Part shown: positions 12,942-26,108 of the stretch, one piece after another
How positions within the stretch are numbered: position 1 is the first letter of the stretch
Layout: every line of letters begins with the position of its first letter
Assembly (NCBI GenBank): GCA_030704615.1
Contig: CM060733.1
Span: 65,472,001 to 65,536,000 of the forward strand
Origin: Takakia lepidozioides
Lineage: Eukaryota; Plantae; Bryophyta
Length of the DNA: 64,000 bases
Direction of reading: 5' to 3'
Made by a program: the position numbers and the translations under genes
The notes under the pieces: model-generated
What the model was told of the DNA's origin: nothing
The model's database searches: none
Seen by the model: only the letters and a program-made list of their open reading frames with translations

Positions 12942-15900
12942 TTATTTCACATACAGATTATCTAAAGGGTAGCCATCCGTACCCAATTCCCCTTCAGCGA
13001 AACTGATTCCCTCCGATTGCTGCAGGGCCCAATGACATTAAAGATCAGTAATAGATATTTGTTGCACAGCGCTTCCAAATCATTCAACCACAAATACAAG
13101 GGAACTACATTCACTAGTTTCACACCCAAATCCTATTTGGCAACATGGAAAAAGGACTTTAAAGGTAGTTTTCATTACGTGAACACCATGGAGGTGCTAC
13201 TAGTTCTGGAGGTGCTACCAATCCTCCTGCCATGACCACAACACCTGTGCCTGGATTCAACCCTGTAAGGGAGTGAACATGGGAATTACAGAACAGATAT
13301 GGTTTCATTATCCTCTAAAGCTTCTTGAGGACTAAAATACCATGAGAAATCTACGTCTTAAACGTCCAGTGCATGTAGGCCCTGGCTTCATTCGGTTGAA
13401 AGAACTCCATGATATTCAAGCCAATAAGTTTGTTATTAGACAAGGCCATCATATCTCATGGGCTCAGGACAAAAATTACACTTTTTCTAAAGCACAACCC
13501 ATGATGTAAGGTAAGCATGTGCAATAGATCCAGCCTGAAGGGCAGACCAACAATGCTTGACAACTTCCAGAAACACAAAAAAATACCTGCTTAAAGAAGA
13601 AAATTAAGGAACACTACTTGACAAACTTCCGGAAACAAAGATAGAAAGATACCTGCTTAAAGAAGAAATTCAAGAAGTCGTCAGATGGTGTGTCATGGGA
13701 CATCAATCCACCTTCCAACTTGGCAGTGATGAGAATGTGATCATCCTTTGGCAGTTTGCGTTCACTGCCTGGATGAGACTGCTCGGTGTTACCTTGACCA
13801 CCGTTGAGGGATGGTCTCACAGGCCCTACGTCAAGAGCTAACCTCCCCGGAAAGTTCATGCCATTACCCATGAAGCTTGACTGAGTCTGTTGTGCAAATT
13901 TGCCAGGACTTGGATTTTGACTGGGGGTTGACACCTGGCTATGGTTGTAGTGGGGTCTCAACACTGGAGTAAGTGCTTGCCCAAACTCTCTATGCTCCAT
14001 ACCACCTTGATGCCCTGGCCAACCAGACCTGTTACCTTGGCCAAGGCCTTGCCCAAGTCCATGGCTCAGGTTTCCCAACATGCTAAAATTTGGTCTCATC
14101 ACCTGTCGGTTTAATCCTTCATTCATCACTGGAGGAACCTGGCCAACCAACCCGCTTGAAGGTGATGCAGTCGAGACGGCTACACTAACAGGGAAGTTAC
14201 CAACTGGGGGACACAAATTCTTGACATCCACATTAGGTGCTTGGACCAATGCACCCAAGCTGTCTGATAGTGATGTACTTGTACCTCCTGATGAGGGACC
14301 ATGTCCCCTTCCACCATTGCCCATTCCAGAAAGGCCAACAGCACTCCCCATATGAGGCAGTGGACCAGCCCGACCCAAATTGTTATTATTGGACAGGAGA
14401 TGAGGAGGCCCAAGAAGACCGGCAGGCTGAGGCAAATTCACACCAGATCCTCCCCCTTGATGCTGCACCTGCTGCTGCTGGATGAGCTGCTGCATCATAA
14501 GAACATTGTTGCTGGGGTTGTTCCCATTCAGGCCTCCCATACCACCAAGCACACCAGTGGCTCCAAGCTGGTGTGAGATAGCTGAGAGACCTGTTCCATC
14601 GTCCATGGGCAAACTTAATGGCCCCAGCCCAGAGAGATGATGGGATTGGGCAAGCTGGTCTAAGTCGATTCCACCCTGCAGACCCTGGAGCAAAGTGGCC
14701 TGATTACCTAGCAAGGGTGGGTTGATCCGTGGTCTGGTCAACGAGCCAACATTTCCACCTTGTATTGCTGCTAGTTGGAGCAACATGGATGGCTCGATGT
14801 TACCATTCAGTGCCAATCCACTGGGCGGTGGTATCCTGCCCAGCACACCAGCTTGCAAGGTGGCCAGTGTTTGCGTCGACAGCTGCCCGTTTGCAGCAAG
14901 TGTCCGGAAATCACCAATGCCATCAAGAGAGCACAGGCCACCAAAAGGTGCATCTGGACCTCCAAAGGTTGCACCCATATTCTGCTGATTTGCAACCCCA
15001 CTAAGTCGTTTCAAGTACAACCGATATTTCTGCACATGCCAAGTGCATGCGAATTGGACATTATTAGACAATAGGGCTCAACAACGGCAACTGAAATAAA
15101 ATCTCCAGCACACTTGGAGAGCAAAGTCAGTGCAACCAAACTGGTGTGGTCTCTGTGGTGTCAAAAAATAGCAAGCACTATCTCACTAAAAATTTCTAAG
15201 GCAACTGATTCAAAGTCTACCATATACCATATAGATGAAGACATCTAATTGTGCAATCTTAATCTTCATCCGGTGTTCAGATTTCGATTTTGTCTTGAAA
15301 GGAAACCCTGCTGCTTACATCATCTCATAATTTGCTTAATCCTGATGACAAGGGTGTCAATCCTTCCAGATTGACTAGCTACAAAGAACTTCCCACTGAC
15401 TAGAGTATCACCAGTTCCTTCATTGACCTGCCTATGGCAACAATCAGTGTGGCTTACTGGCAATATCAATCCACGGTGGACACTAAGCAGTCCTGTATCC
15501 CCTACAAGTAGACAGATATGATAACTTGTACCTGCAAATGGCTGGCAACATTTTCACGTGTCAAACCTTGAACATTCATAAGCTCCAAAATTCTCTTTGG
15601 CACGGCCTCTGCATCAAGGATGAGAACCATCAACTATGGACATGAAAGCCCAGCAAATTTCAGCAGTACACAGGAAACCTCACCACTGCTAAGGAATCAA
15701 TCTCTTGCAACGGGTTCCCATAGTTTCTCTCTGACTACTAACTAGCAATCCCCCTTCATCAATAATGACTTCCCACCCTCAATAATATGGAGGCGGGAAG
15801 GGATGAATCTTACTGTCTATCCCTAACTGGTTCACAGCACTGACAAATTGCTGATGAAGTTCCACCGACCATACAACCCGGGGTTTTTTCAAGGTGGAAG

Positions 15901-17824
15901 GGTCGTCATTGTCTGGATCGTTGTCTTCATCATCATCCTTTATCTCCTTTCTCTTTTTAGAGAACTTCCAGTTGCCATCAGTGGTATCAGTGGCAGATGA
16001 TGTGTAGTCCGCGTCCTCTCCCCCACGCTTCTGTCTCTCGCCCTCTTCAATACTAGTGGAATGCTCTACATCTTTTGACTCATTCCGCTTCTTTCGTACA
16101 ACATGCTGCCATATGTTCCTCAGCTCCTCTATTCTAACTGGCTTTAGAAGGTAGTCACACGCACCATGAGTAATCCCCTTCATAACCGCACTTGTTTCCC
16201 CATTAGCAGACATCACTGCAGTCAAAAGCACAACATCTTCACATTTTTGCGGAGAACCTGTCCTTGTTCCTATATCGTGTGTCCTTATCTGCTCACAAGC
16301 CTAAAACACTGATGGAACGTGGCACCCACCAGAGCTACCAATAGAATGGGAGTTCTTCTCAAGAGAAACAACATGCCATTCCCATACCAGAAACACATGC
16401 ACTGGAGGGCAAAGATTATGTCCCACCAAGGACGGAATGAATGCAGTTACTACAGAAGCGCACTGAGGTGTTGTGCCACTAACCTTTTCATCTCAAAAGT
16501 AGAAGAATCTTCCAAAACCACTACACATAATTTTTTCAAATACTGTCCACCTGAAGTGCCAGCTACCAACGCAGAGATCCACAGAAGGACAACCTGGCAA
16601 CCGCGCTTGAGTAATGCCAAGAAGATGATAAACTTCCAAAAAGCAAGAAATTAAAACCATAAACTTAGCCAATCCTTTATTGTTGAAAGTAAAAAGTACT
16701 AATGTAGTCAGAGTATAGCCAAGCCTAGGCCATTCCAATGAAGGGCATGATGGAGACTGTTATGGCCGGCCCTCCCATGTACACAACATCCCAACATGAG
16801 CTTATCCATTGCGTACAACAGAACAGCTCAAATGATGCGACATCCTTCCCTCTTCGGAAGGGGAAACCACCATGGATTGAAGTGAAGAAAACGACCACAT
16901 AAACAAGGGGAAAAGTATTAATTAGACTTACTGATGACAGGAAGGTCCATCTCAAGACCAACAAGCTCAAGAAGCTTGAACCCGTCCATATCGGGCATGT
17001 AGACATCGCTGATTACGAGATCAAATGTATCTTTATTCTCCCTGAGTAAATCCAATGCGTGCGTTGCCATCCCACACTTGGTGACTACAAACACAACAGG
17101 AAATTATCAGAATTGCATCCCATGAAACTCTTCCACGATTAAACTGATTTCCAAAAAAATACAGTCCTGCTGACAGTTTCAAGCCCTTTCTAAACCCAGT
17201 GAAACCTCCACCCTGGCAGCAACCCCAAAAACTCCAGCACGACGCCTCCAAGGATTACATTGTCAGAGAGCACCACTCTTTTCCGAAGATGCTTTCTCCT
17301 CATTTCCAAAGAGAGCGTCAGGTTCACAAGAACGAGAAAACATGTCGTCGTGTTGCGACTCTAGTTGCACCAAGCCCAATATGATAATTTCAGACGAGAA
17401 GAAGCTATGTGGGGTTTCTTCCACACCCATCACTGCAAATATGCATCCATGCTTTTGCTCGCTCTTGCGATGTCTATGATTCCTGAATTACGGGAAGATC
17501 TGGCTGAAGGAGATTGAACATGCACATCAAGGGAGAAAGATGGCGCGGAAGAAAACCATGATAGGCACAGCGTCGCAGCATATTCTCCAGAAGCGCGAGA
17601 CATACAGGATCGTCGTCCACTACAAGTACACGCATGCCTGCTGGAAACTCGTCAGCAGCAGGATCCATTTTCCCGTAGTTGCTCACTCGGCTAGTGATAT
17701 TCGAACTATTGGCCACAATACTGCTCTGGTTCTGCTGCTGCGGCGATGGCTGCAGAAGGCTGCCCATGGATTGGCCCAGATCCCCTGCTCCCATTCTAAC
17801 CCTAGTCACTTCTCCACCTGCCAT
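12942..17824 (-). CDS. RRB: Type-B response regulator (cytokinin signalling; receiver + GARP/Myb-like DNA-binding domain + Q/G-rich C-terminus), 6 exons: 17824-17557, 17084-16932, 16215-15814, 15608-15532, 15029-13653, 13019-12942 (~784 aa)
   Basis: Receiver [13 protein letters not shown]...[30 protein letters not shown]...GACDYLLKP; [64 protein letters not shown]; C-terminal [11 protein letters not shown]. All junctions are GT-AG and phase-consistent. Confidence 0.95.
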
Positions 17825-18217
17825 GGTGCGCGAGGCACCCAATGTGCATCCCTCGGATGTCAGGCATCACGAACAACGCAGTCCGGAAGATTTCGCAGGC
17901 CCTGCAGTGCAGGGCCTGCCGCCATAGACACGACTATGGCATGTCCGCCACAGAAGAGAGAGAGACGCCCGCATGGAGGTAGCGACAGAATCACCCCTGA
18001 ATGACGAGCTCAAACAACATACAATCACAAAGAGAGGAATATAAGTAGAGAGTTGAGAAATCCAGCACGGTCACAACTGGCATTCCAAGGCAAGTTCCCC
18101 AGGGCGGTAAAAGCCGGCACTCAGCAAAGATCCCGTTCCTGTGATGCGCACGCTCGTGTGGAGCCAAGCCAAGGGACTTTGAGTGCGCAGACGAGAGAGA
18201 CGACACGCAACCCAGAG

Positions 18218-18247
18218 CATGCCATGCCATGCCATGCCATGCATGCA
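18218..18247. promoter_or_regulatory. RY-like repeat (CATGC)n ending CATGCATGCA, upstream of the response regulator
   Basis: CATGCCATGCCATGCCATGCCATGCATGCA about 400 bp upstream of the ATG; RY (CATGCA) is the known B3-domain (ABI3/VAL) motif. Confidence 0.5.
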
Positions 18248-19109
18248 CGGCATCCACAGCTGGCGGAGCAACCGCCTTAGGCTGTCGCCTCTGCCCCAAT
18301 TCACCGGCAGCATCCGGTCAAAACTGAACCCTAACGAGGATGTGAGTAGATGAATGATAAATGAATGAATAATGTGATCATCCGCATAAGTCATCCTCGA
18401 TTGCAGTTGGCGATAGTTGTGTTACCGTGTGGCATATCACAATACTATGACATGGTCTGATTATTTCAAGCTCAGCTTAAGTTTTAGTGTTAGAAGGCCT
18501 CTCCTGGACTCGGATATAATTTGGCTACGACTCCTTCCCCCATCTTTGGCCTCTGAAGATATCTCTTGAGTTCCTTCTGTTCTTTCTCCCTGTGAAGAGA
18601 CGGATTCCTCCTTCTGCCAGATGCTCTTCTGTTGCATACATGAATGAAAAGGTGTGGTGGTTGACAGAATTAGTGCGCATCCTAATTTTGGCACTGCACC
18701 GTGACCTTTTGCCAACAGTAAACAGATGATACATTTTGGCATGCTGATCTGTGGAGCTGGAATAATGTAATCAAAGTGGCCAATAGGAGGCCAGCCACGT
18801 GTTGATAGGATTACCCTTGTTTTAATATAAAAGCCATGCAAGCTTATGCTCTGGCCGGTGTGATTTGATGTATTGAACTTTCTTTGCCAACCCAAGCTTC
18901 TTCCCAAGTCCTCCCCAGGATTTTCGGTTGCCACCTTATGCGGGTGCTACAGCGATGGAATTTAGTCTTCTCTCATCTCCCCTTCCTGTGGTCCGCGACA
19001 GAGGTGGTTTTGTGCAGAGCAGGGCTTGTATCTTTATAGACAGTTCTGCATCAGTTTTGGGCACAAAATCGGATAGTAGTGAAAGTGCCTTTTCGGAATG
19101 ACTCATTTG

Positions 19110-22100
19110 TTTTAAGACAATCAAGTACAAGTCGCGGATGGTGAAGTACGCGGCCATTGCTGATCCCGCCTTTGGTGCGGACTTTCTGGTGGAGGTGGGG
19201 AAGTACTACTCCCGCGCTCTTAAGCCCACGAGACACTGGAGAAGTTGTATCGTCTAGCCACAGCCTGTGTGGATGCAACAAAGAAGGTTATACATTCTTA
19301 ACCAAATTCTCTTGTGGCAACAATTCGTTTTCGTGGTGTCTTGCGATTACTAATGTGCACGGTGGTTGCACAGACCCGGTGGCTCCAAATCTGGAATGGG
19401 TCCCAGAGTACATGGGACATGTGGAGCTTCCCAAAACCCGACAAATTCTCCGACCCCACATTCGACATGGTGGTTTCAGGTACTATCCCACGCTTCATTT
19501 GGCGCTTCTACTCTTGTATTGGGTGGATTTCCTGAATTTCTTGAGGAATGCTGTCTGATGAAGAATCTCCGCAGGTGACGACGAATGCGCAAGAGCAGCT
19601 TGACACCCAAGCACATCAGTTCAAGCTGGAGATTGCAAGAGAAGCACAGAGCCTCCGCGACTATGTGACAATGTACTTTCTGCTATACAAAACCGACCTG
19701 TTCTTTCGAGAGATACCGCATGCCCGGAGGAGCCACGAGTTCACCGACCAGCCGAACACGGACAAAGCGGCAATGCACCTTCTGTACAAGTAAATATGTG
19801 GTGCCCCTCTTTGATCCGTGGCCATTGTAGTCCCTGGAGTTCGTGGATGTAAAATGCCTTATGTGGGGCATGACAATTGGTTGTGAAGAAATGGCTAAGT
19901 CCCTGGGGACGTCCCTGCCCCCGAGACTGGGAAAATGGCGCCGAATTTCCAGTCTCGGTGGAAGCCACCCCAGGGACTAGCCATTTGGAAGCCCCGAATC
20001 TGGAAATTCGGTGCCATTTTCCCAAAATGGGGCCCAAAATGGCTGTCCAATGAGGGGCTGGCAATGATATGGAAAAATGGCGCTGAATTTGCAATTTAGG
20101 TGCCATCCACCCTGGGGACTTAGCCATTTCTTGGCCCCGGAACTGGAAATTCGGCGTCATTTTTGAAAGTTGGGCCCAAAAATGGCTAAGTCCCAGACGG
20201 GGCTGGCCCCCAACCTGGAAAAATGGCGCCAAATTTCCAGTATCGGTGCCAGCCATCCCAGGGACTTAGCCATTTCCGGAGACCGGAACTGGAAATTCAG
20301 CGCCATTTTTCCAGGTTGGGTCCAAAAGTGGCTAAGTCCCAGAAGGGGTGGCCCCCAACCTGGAAAAATGGCGCCGAATTTTGAGTTTCGGTGCCAGCCA
20401 CCCCAGGGACTTAGCCATTTCTGGGGCTCGAAAATTCGGCGCCATTTTTCCAGGTTGGGCCCCAAAACGTCTAAGTCCCAGAAGGGGCTGCCTCCCCCAC
20501 GGAAAAAATGGCGGAGCAGGGAGCAGCGCCCCCCCCCCCCCGCATGGAATTCCCAGGACCTGATTCTCTGTGGGTTTCTTGAATGCAGGTACTGCAAGTT
20601 CTCCCTGTTGGAAAAAGGTCATCTATCCTTCGAGCCGCCATTCTTCCTTGCATGGAGGAACCCTGGCGCTGACTCCATGTACATTGACGTTATGAAGGGG
20701 TGGCATCTGGAGCATTTGCGCGACTGCCCTTGGTATGTGGACCTTCCGCCGGGAGGGTTCGACGCCTCCGAGTTTCAATTGAAGCTGGATGCTGAGGCCC
20801 GCCGAAACCGAGCTCCGCTGCCTCCGCTGGGTCCAAAGGAGGTGAAAGCGCTTGCCAAGTCCAGGAAAGCGGCAGAGCTTGCTCAGGCAGGTATTCAGGA
20901 GAAGTTGAATGAGAAGAAAAAAGGGTTGAAGAAAAGGACACGGAAATAGGGGACTGCAGTAACCCCAAAAAAACAGAAAACCAGCAGGGCCCGAGAGGAG
21001 GCGCAGGAGGGGCCCAAAGGGAGTAACTCGGACGACGACTTTGTGCAAGGTCCTGCTGCTGCTACCAAGTCACCGGTAGTCCGGGTTCCCAATTCAGTTC
21101 AGACTGGGACTGGCTCTGCCAAGAAGTTGGCATTTGAGGGCGAGCCTACACGGCGGTATTTGGCGGTGACATTTCCCCACAGGCCAAAGTTAGAACCCCC
21201 AACAATCATCCAATGCGTCAATGAGAGCTTCCTTGATGCTCTGGCTGCCAGGGCGAAGAAGGTGGCACACAACAAGTCTCTGGAGGAGCTGAGGGGAAAG
21301 CGAAGAAGAGGGTTGCCGCTACAGAGCCTAAAGACACCCCTGGTTTGGAAGCCATGATGGAATTTTTCACGGCCATGAGCATGGATTGTAAGAGCACTCG
21401 GGGGGGGAGGGTGGTTTGAGGTGGAGAGAGCCTGCGATATGATTCTCCTCAATATTCCAGATGGGGAGCTGCTGGAGGGCCTAGATGGTGTGCCCACCTA
21501 GAACAAGTTTACTGAGGACTATTGGAGAGCCGGGTTTGGGCTGGCAGGGATGCTCCTGGATGACGGTGGATGTATGGTGGTCCTTGCCACAAGAGGGGAG
21601 ACGGAGAGAGAATGTTGTGGCAAGGTGGACACCGAAAAGTGCCACCCCGGTCCTCCTCAAAAAATGGTTCTGCATCAACACGCAGGGGTTGCGAACAGAG
21701 GGCTAGAGTGTAAGTTATCAATCTATTGCCTACACTTCATATCGTGGTGTATCTAAACTAGACCTTGGAGTTGATCCCTCTTTTCTTGGATGTGCAGACA
21801 TTAGTGTTTGAGGCATATTGTTTTGTGAAGAGAGGGTCTACGTTTAAATTTCGCAACGACGGTCGTCTTGTTGATGCCGCTATGGACCCTGTTATCTACA
21901 ATGTCCTCTACAACTATATGCCCCACTCCAGTATGCCGAAGGACACAAAGACAGGCAAACCGTGGCGGTACAACCGGACCCGGAGCCCTGCTTTCATCCA
22001 AACCCTCATGGAGACGTGCTCCGATGTCCAAGGGCGGATTCTTGACCTCACTTGTGGCACGGGTAAGCCTTCACGTGCACAGTATATCCCCTGGCCCGAT

Positions 22101-22942
22101 AATAATTGCATGCAGCATGCTACTAACCTCCTGCTTTGTCCCTCAGGTGCTTCAATGTGGGCTGGGACATTGTCCGACAGGCCTCGTCTTCAAGCCAGAT
22201 ACTGCCCTCCACAACTCGGAACGTGCAGCGGCTGAACGTCTACCGAAAGAGGAAGAGGTATCTCGGAGGATGAGGTATCCTCGGAGGATGAGGAAGAATC
22301 CGAGAAGGAGGAGGGGGAGGTACAAGTTGGGATCGAGGCCGAGGAGCCCCCGGTTTACGAGTGAGTGGTCGCATTGTAAGTTGCCTCCTGATTTCGTGAA
22401 GCACCTCCCTTCGCTCTCTTATTTCATTGAAAGACCTTTTCTGCTTCTGCTGGTATTGACATTCTTGAAGTGGATTTGTTCTTACTGCAGGATGCCAAGT
22501 ACTACAGGAGGGACGTCTACACCGCAATTCATGGGCAGGAGGAACGTGCCTTTTTTTGCCAGGGAGGATTTCATGCCGAGTCCAGAAAAGGACTACATCC
22601 TTCCTACTTATACTGCCCGGCTTGCTTTAGTGTCCATTAGGAGGTCTTCCGAACCTAGTCGTGTACAGCAGATTTTAGACGAGGCAAGCCTCAAGAAAAT
22701 GAAGATGAGGGAGGAGGCAGCACCTATTAGAGCTCATCAGGCTCGTAGATTTGTCTTGGATTCTGCTGAGGAAAGTGGGGCGAAAGAGGCAGAAGATTCC
22801 CAGGAGGTGAGGTGGACAGTCCTCCAAGGAGAGGACGGTATTTTGAGAGGCATAGTGGAATTGATGCATCTCATAGCTCAGAGGATGGGGGGGATGAGGG
22901 GGATGAGGAGGAAGGTGGGGCAAGTTCCTCGGAGGTCTAGGA
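19110..22942 (+). pseudogene. Element A copy of the multi-exon ParB/DNA-methyltransferase-like gene (central and C-terminal parts), degenerate
   Basis: KYKSRMVKYAAIADPAFG, QTRWLQIWN, EPPFFLAW..CPWYVD, QCVNESFLDAL, DMILLNIPDG, RYNRTRSPAFIQTLMETCSDVQGRILDLTCGTG|ASMWAG and NVPFFAREDFM are all collinear with the B gene. Confidence 0.8.
19888..20520. repeat. ~145-bp tandem repeat (about 5 units) with internal inverted repeats, inside an intron (19790-20588) of the element A gene
   Basis: Recurring GGCTAAGTCCC...GGGACTTAGCC and GGAAAAATGGCGCCGAATTT...AAATTCGGCGCCATTTTTCC. Confidence 0.85.
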
Positions 22943-23025
22943 GGGGGCTGCTATTTCATGAGCCATGAGCCATGAGCGGCATGAGCCATGAGCAGAGTCG
23001 TAAGTGTGTGGAAAAAAACATGAGC
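22943..23025 (+). repeat. Left TIR of B1 with subterminal CATGAGC heptamer repeats
   Basis: CATGAGC repeated in tandem after the terminal 21 bp. Confidence 0.9.
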
Positions 23026-23407
23026 AGCACTATTTTCCGGAAATGAGTGTCCGCGGGAATAGGGTTTAGGGTGCCACGGTCATAGGGGGAGAAGGACCTC
23101 CCGATGAAGGAGGTTCGGCAATGTTATTTAGAATTATATATTGAAAGGCAATGTTTCGCGAATGGTAGGGTGGTACTGCTCTGTACAATGGGGGCCCATT
23201 TCAGCCTACCAGCCATTTGCAAAATCCACCCACACTCCCAATCCCAAACGAAATGAGCAATGACGCATTCTCGGAACGATGGACACAGAATAGAATAAAA
23301 AGAGGGCACAATGAGGTTTTTATTGATCCACATGAATTGCATTTGAAGCACGTCTACTGTGCTGATTGTGCAATCAAATCTTTAGCCCTGTGCCTACTGA
23401 ATACAAG

Positions 23408-24140
23408 TCACGTTGTCAATGGGACTTCGACTGCTCTCAGAACTAGCTCATGAGTCATGGGGCTCCTCCATGTAAAGTCGATTGCAGCCGTTGTACCGCC
23501 CCTAGTGATGTTCACCACAATGTCCTGCCCTTCAATCATACCACCATCGAATATGGAAATCTTCACGTTTTCGTCGTCCACACCAATGCGAATGTCCCCA
23601 TACAATGGAGAAGAGGAGCGCACTCCTCGAGGAGAATAGGTCTCTCCGATGGAGTCCACCCACGTCCAGTGGCAGCAGTTCCACCGCAACAGCATAGCAG
23701 TGCGCCTTCTTCTGCATGGGTGACCGTCGTAGCTGGGAAAATCGGAATCGAGGATGCGCAGGAGCCACGGACTCCTCAGACCAAGATCGTCACCCCGCTC
23801 GAAGGCGTAGTGGCCTACGATATACTCAAAAGCCACCAATGTTTCCACAATCGAACCAGTATCTTCTCTGTGTAATCTGTGTACCAGATAACAATGTCTC
23901 CCGATGTGGCCGAATACATTGCATAATCGATGCCTCCAAATGGGCAGTCGTCCCGGTTCCGGAAGCACGGCATCCTTGCAAAGGAGGACCTGAGGACGAC
24001 TTGGATGCCGATGATGACCTTGCGGACAGCTACGAAGCCCTTAGATTTTGGAAATGATGCGAAGCGGAAGAGCAGTCCGGCCTCCAATAATGGAGCATCT
24101 GGGTCCCACGTACCCACCGACGGAGGTGGATGAACCCATA
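23408..24140 (-). CDS. B1 unknown cargo protein 1 (frameshifted in this copy; open in B2)
   Basis: GIDYAMYSATSGDIVIW...AFEYIVGHYAFERG..PWLLRILDSDFPS..RTAMLLRWNCCHWT..GDIRI..SIFDGGMIEGQDIVV..ELVLRAVEVP; paralogous to cargo 2 and to the element D ORF. Confidence 0.7.
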
Positions 24141-24465
24141 CATCTTTCTCATCAACAAGTTATAGTTTGAGATCTGCCACCGAAGTCCATCCCCCCGGAT
24201 GGAAATTCGGCGCCGCATTTACATCGAAGAGGGGATGGACTTCGTCGTGTCCAGTGGCTATCGGCCCACCTGGCAGTGACTGCCCATAGTTTGCATGGCA
24301 GGGTAGGAAACTGAAACGGCTACATTCATGCAGCAGCCAATCTTCATCGGTCCAGGATCCTGTGGGGGAAATTTAAATGTGCCCTGGAGTGTTTGTGAGG
24401 AATTGCAGCGTTAGCTTGAACTTTTCCAGCCACCGCGCTGCTCCTCCATCCGGGAGCTGCTGTCA

Positions 24466-25054
24466 TTGAGCGTACTCCGCTACTCTTTTTCAAGGATGCC
24501 GTGCCGCCGAAATCCAGCCGACTGCCCTTATCATGGCCACGATTATGCTATGTTCAAACCAGAATCAGGAGACATCATTGTCTGGCTCTCTGTTTTCTGG
24601 AATCAAGCAAGAGTCTTTGCGCGCAATGGAGTATCTGGAGGGCTATTACCGCTTTGAGCGAGGTGAGGGCGAGGGTCAATGCGGTCCGTGGGTCCTGAAA
24701 ATTGTTGACCTCGATATACCAAGCTGGAAAGGGATGCCGGACAGATCACGCACGGCCTCGCTTTGGCGCTGGAACTGCTGCCAGTGGACCAGGGAGGACG
24801 GCACCGGGGAAAACTATATACGTGCAGATCACTCCGCTCTTCCAGTGTATGGAGACATTCGGCTGAGTTGCGAAGACGAATCGCACGGGCACATGAGGCC
24901 CACAGTGACCTTGTCAATGTATGATGGTGGTATCATTGATGGACATGACATTGTCGTCGGCTCCAGCAAGGGCAGCAGAACGACCGAATTGCAGTTTACC
25001 TCGAGGTGTGATGAGCTTGTTTTGAGGGGTATCGAAGTTCCGTCGACTTGGTGA
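24466..25054 (+). CDS. B1 unknown cargo protein 2, divergent paralog of cargo 1 (one frameshift near 24600)
   Basis: GHDYAMFKPESGDIIVW / AMEYLEGYYRFERG..PWVLKIVDLDIPS..RTASLWRWNCCQWT..GDIRL..SMYDGGIIDGHDIVV..ELVLRGIEVP. Confidence 0.7.
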
Positions 25055-25289
25055 AGCCCATGTAGAAGGAGGAAGGGCTTAGTTTTGTCTGCAGTTGGTA
25101 AATGTGAGACATCGTGTCCGATCAATAAACCCATCGTACCTCACTTCTGTATGATTGTGTTTCATTCTGTTGAATAACTGTCGGAATTGGCCCACTGTTA
25201 CAATTTGATGTCTCATTTCTACAATTTGTCTGAATATACCAGAGTAACCGGTGAGTCATGTGTCAAGAATATACCAGAGTAACGCCATG

Positions 25290-25980
25290 TGAAATCCGCA
25301 TTTCCATGTCAGGTTGAACCCGCAGGACAAATGCGGTGCATCATTTCCGTCCAGGTACACGAAATACCAACACGGGTCTATAAATTGGACAAACAACGAG
25401 GTTGGCATTGCAAATGCGGCGACGCATTTCCAGCTTGGCAATGGAAACTTCTTTTTGGACAAGGGAATGCGGTGCCATTTCCGTCCAACACTTCGAAAAG
25501 TGTGACATTTCCGACCAGCGCGATGGAATGCGTTACCGCATTTCCGTGAGAGGGTCTGCAAATGGACAAATTGCGATGTCCGTTCTGGAAATGCGGCGCC
25601 GCATTTCCATGTCCGTCATCGACTTTTTTTTACAATGGAATGCGGTGCCAATTTTTGCTGATGGGCCTGCAGTTCGAACAACGACCATCCCCAATGGAAA
25701 TGCGGCACCGCATTTCAATTCCGCCATCTCGACCTCCTTGTTCGACCTCCTTGTTCGACCTCTGTAAGCGTGGCATCCATGCAATGAGCGGGAGAGGCCA
25801 AAACTGGCGTGTGGACAAAGGAAATTTTGGAAATGCGGCACCGCATTTCCAATGATTACTTTTTACTATGCCAACATTGAAATGGAAAATTAGTCCCTCC
25901 CCTGTTTTGGAAATGGTGCCGCATTTCCAAAAGAGGTTCTTAGAGTTGCCAAAATTTTGGAAATGCGGTCCCATTTCTGA
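25290..25980. repeat. B1 palindrome array 1 (GGAAATGCGG-NN-CCGCATTTCC)
   Basis: About a dozen copies between the 3' ends of cargo 2 and the ParB-MTase gene. Confidence 0.9.
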
Positions 25981-26108
25981 TTTTGGGAGCGTCGTGGTTT
26001 GGGCGATTGTGTGGCTGCACACTGGAGAGGGGTCACGAATGTGGGCAGAATTTCCTTTATATACTCTGGAAGAGAATTTACATTTACAGAGACTTCATTA
26101 AAATTCTA

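Noticed and set aside
18400-19110. Left TIR/TSD of element A (expected TSD GGTGTTCG)
   Set aside because: Not found by eye; the left end appears deleted, so the boundary is not assigned.
23058-23072. Telomere-like TAGGGTTTAGGG
   Set aside because: Only about two units (telo-box scale) in the subterminal region; not an interstitial telomere array.
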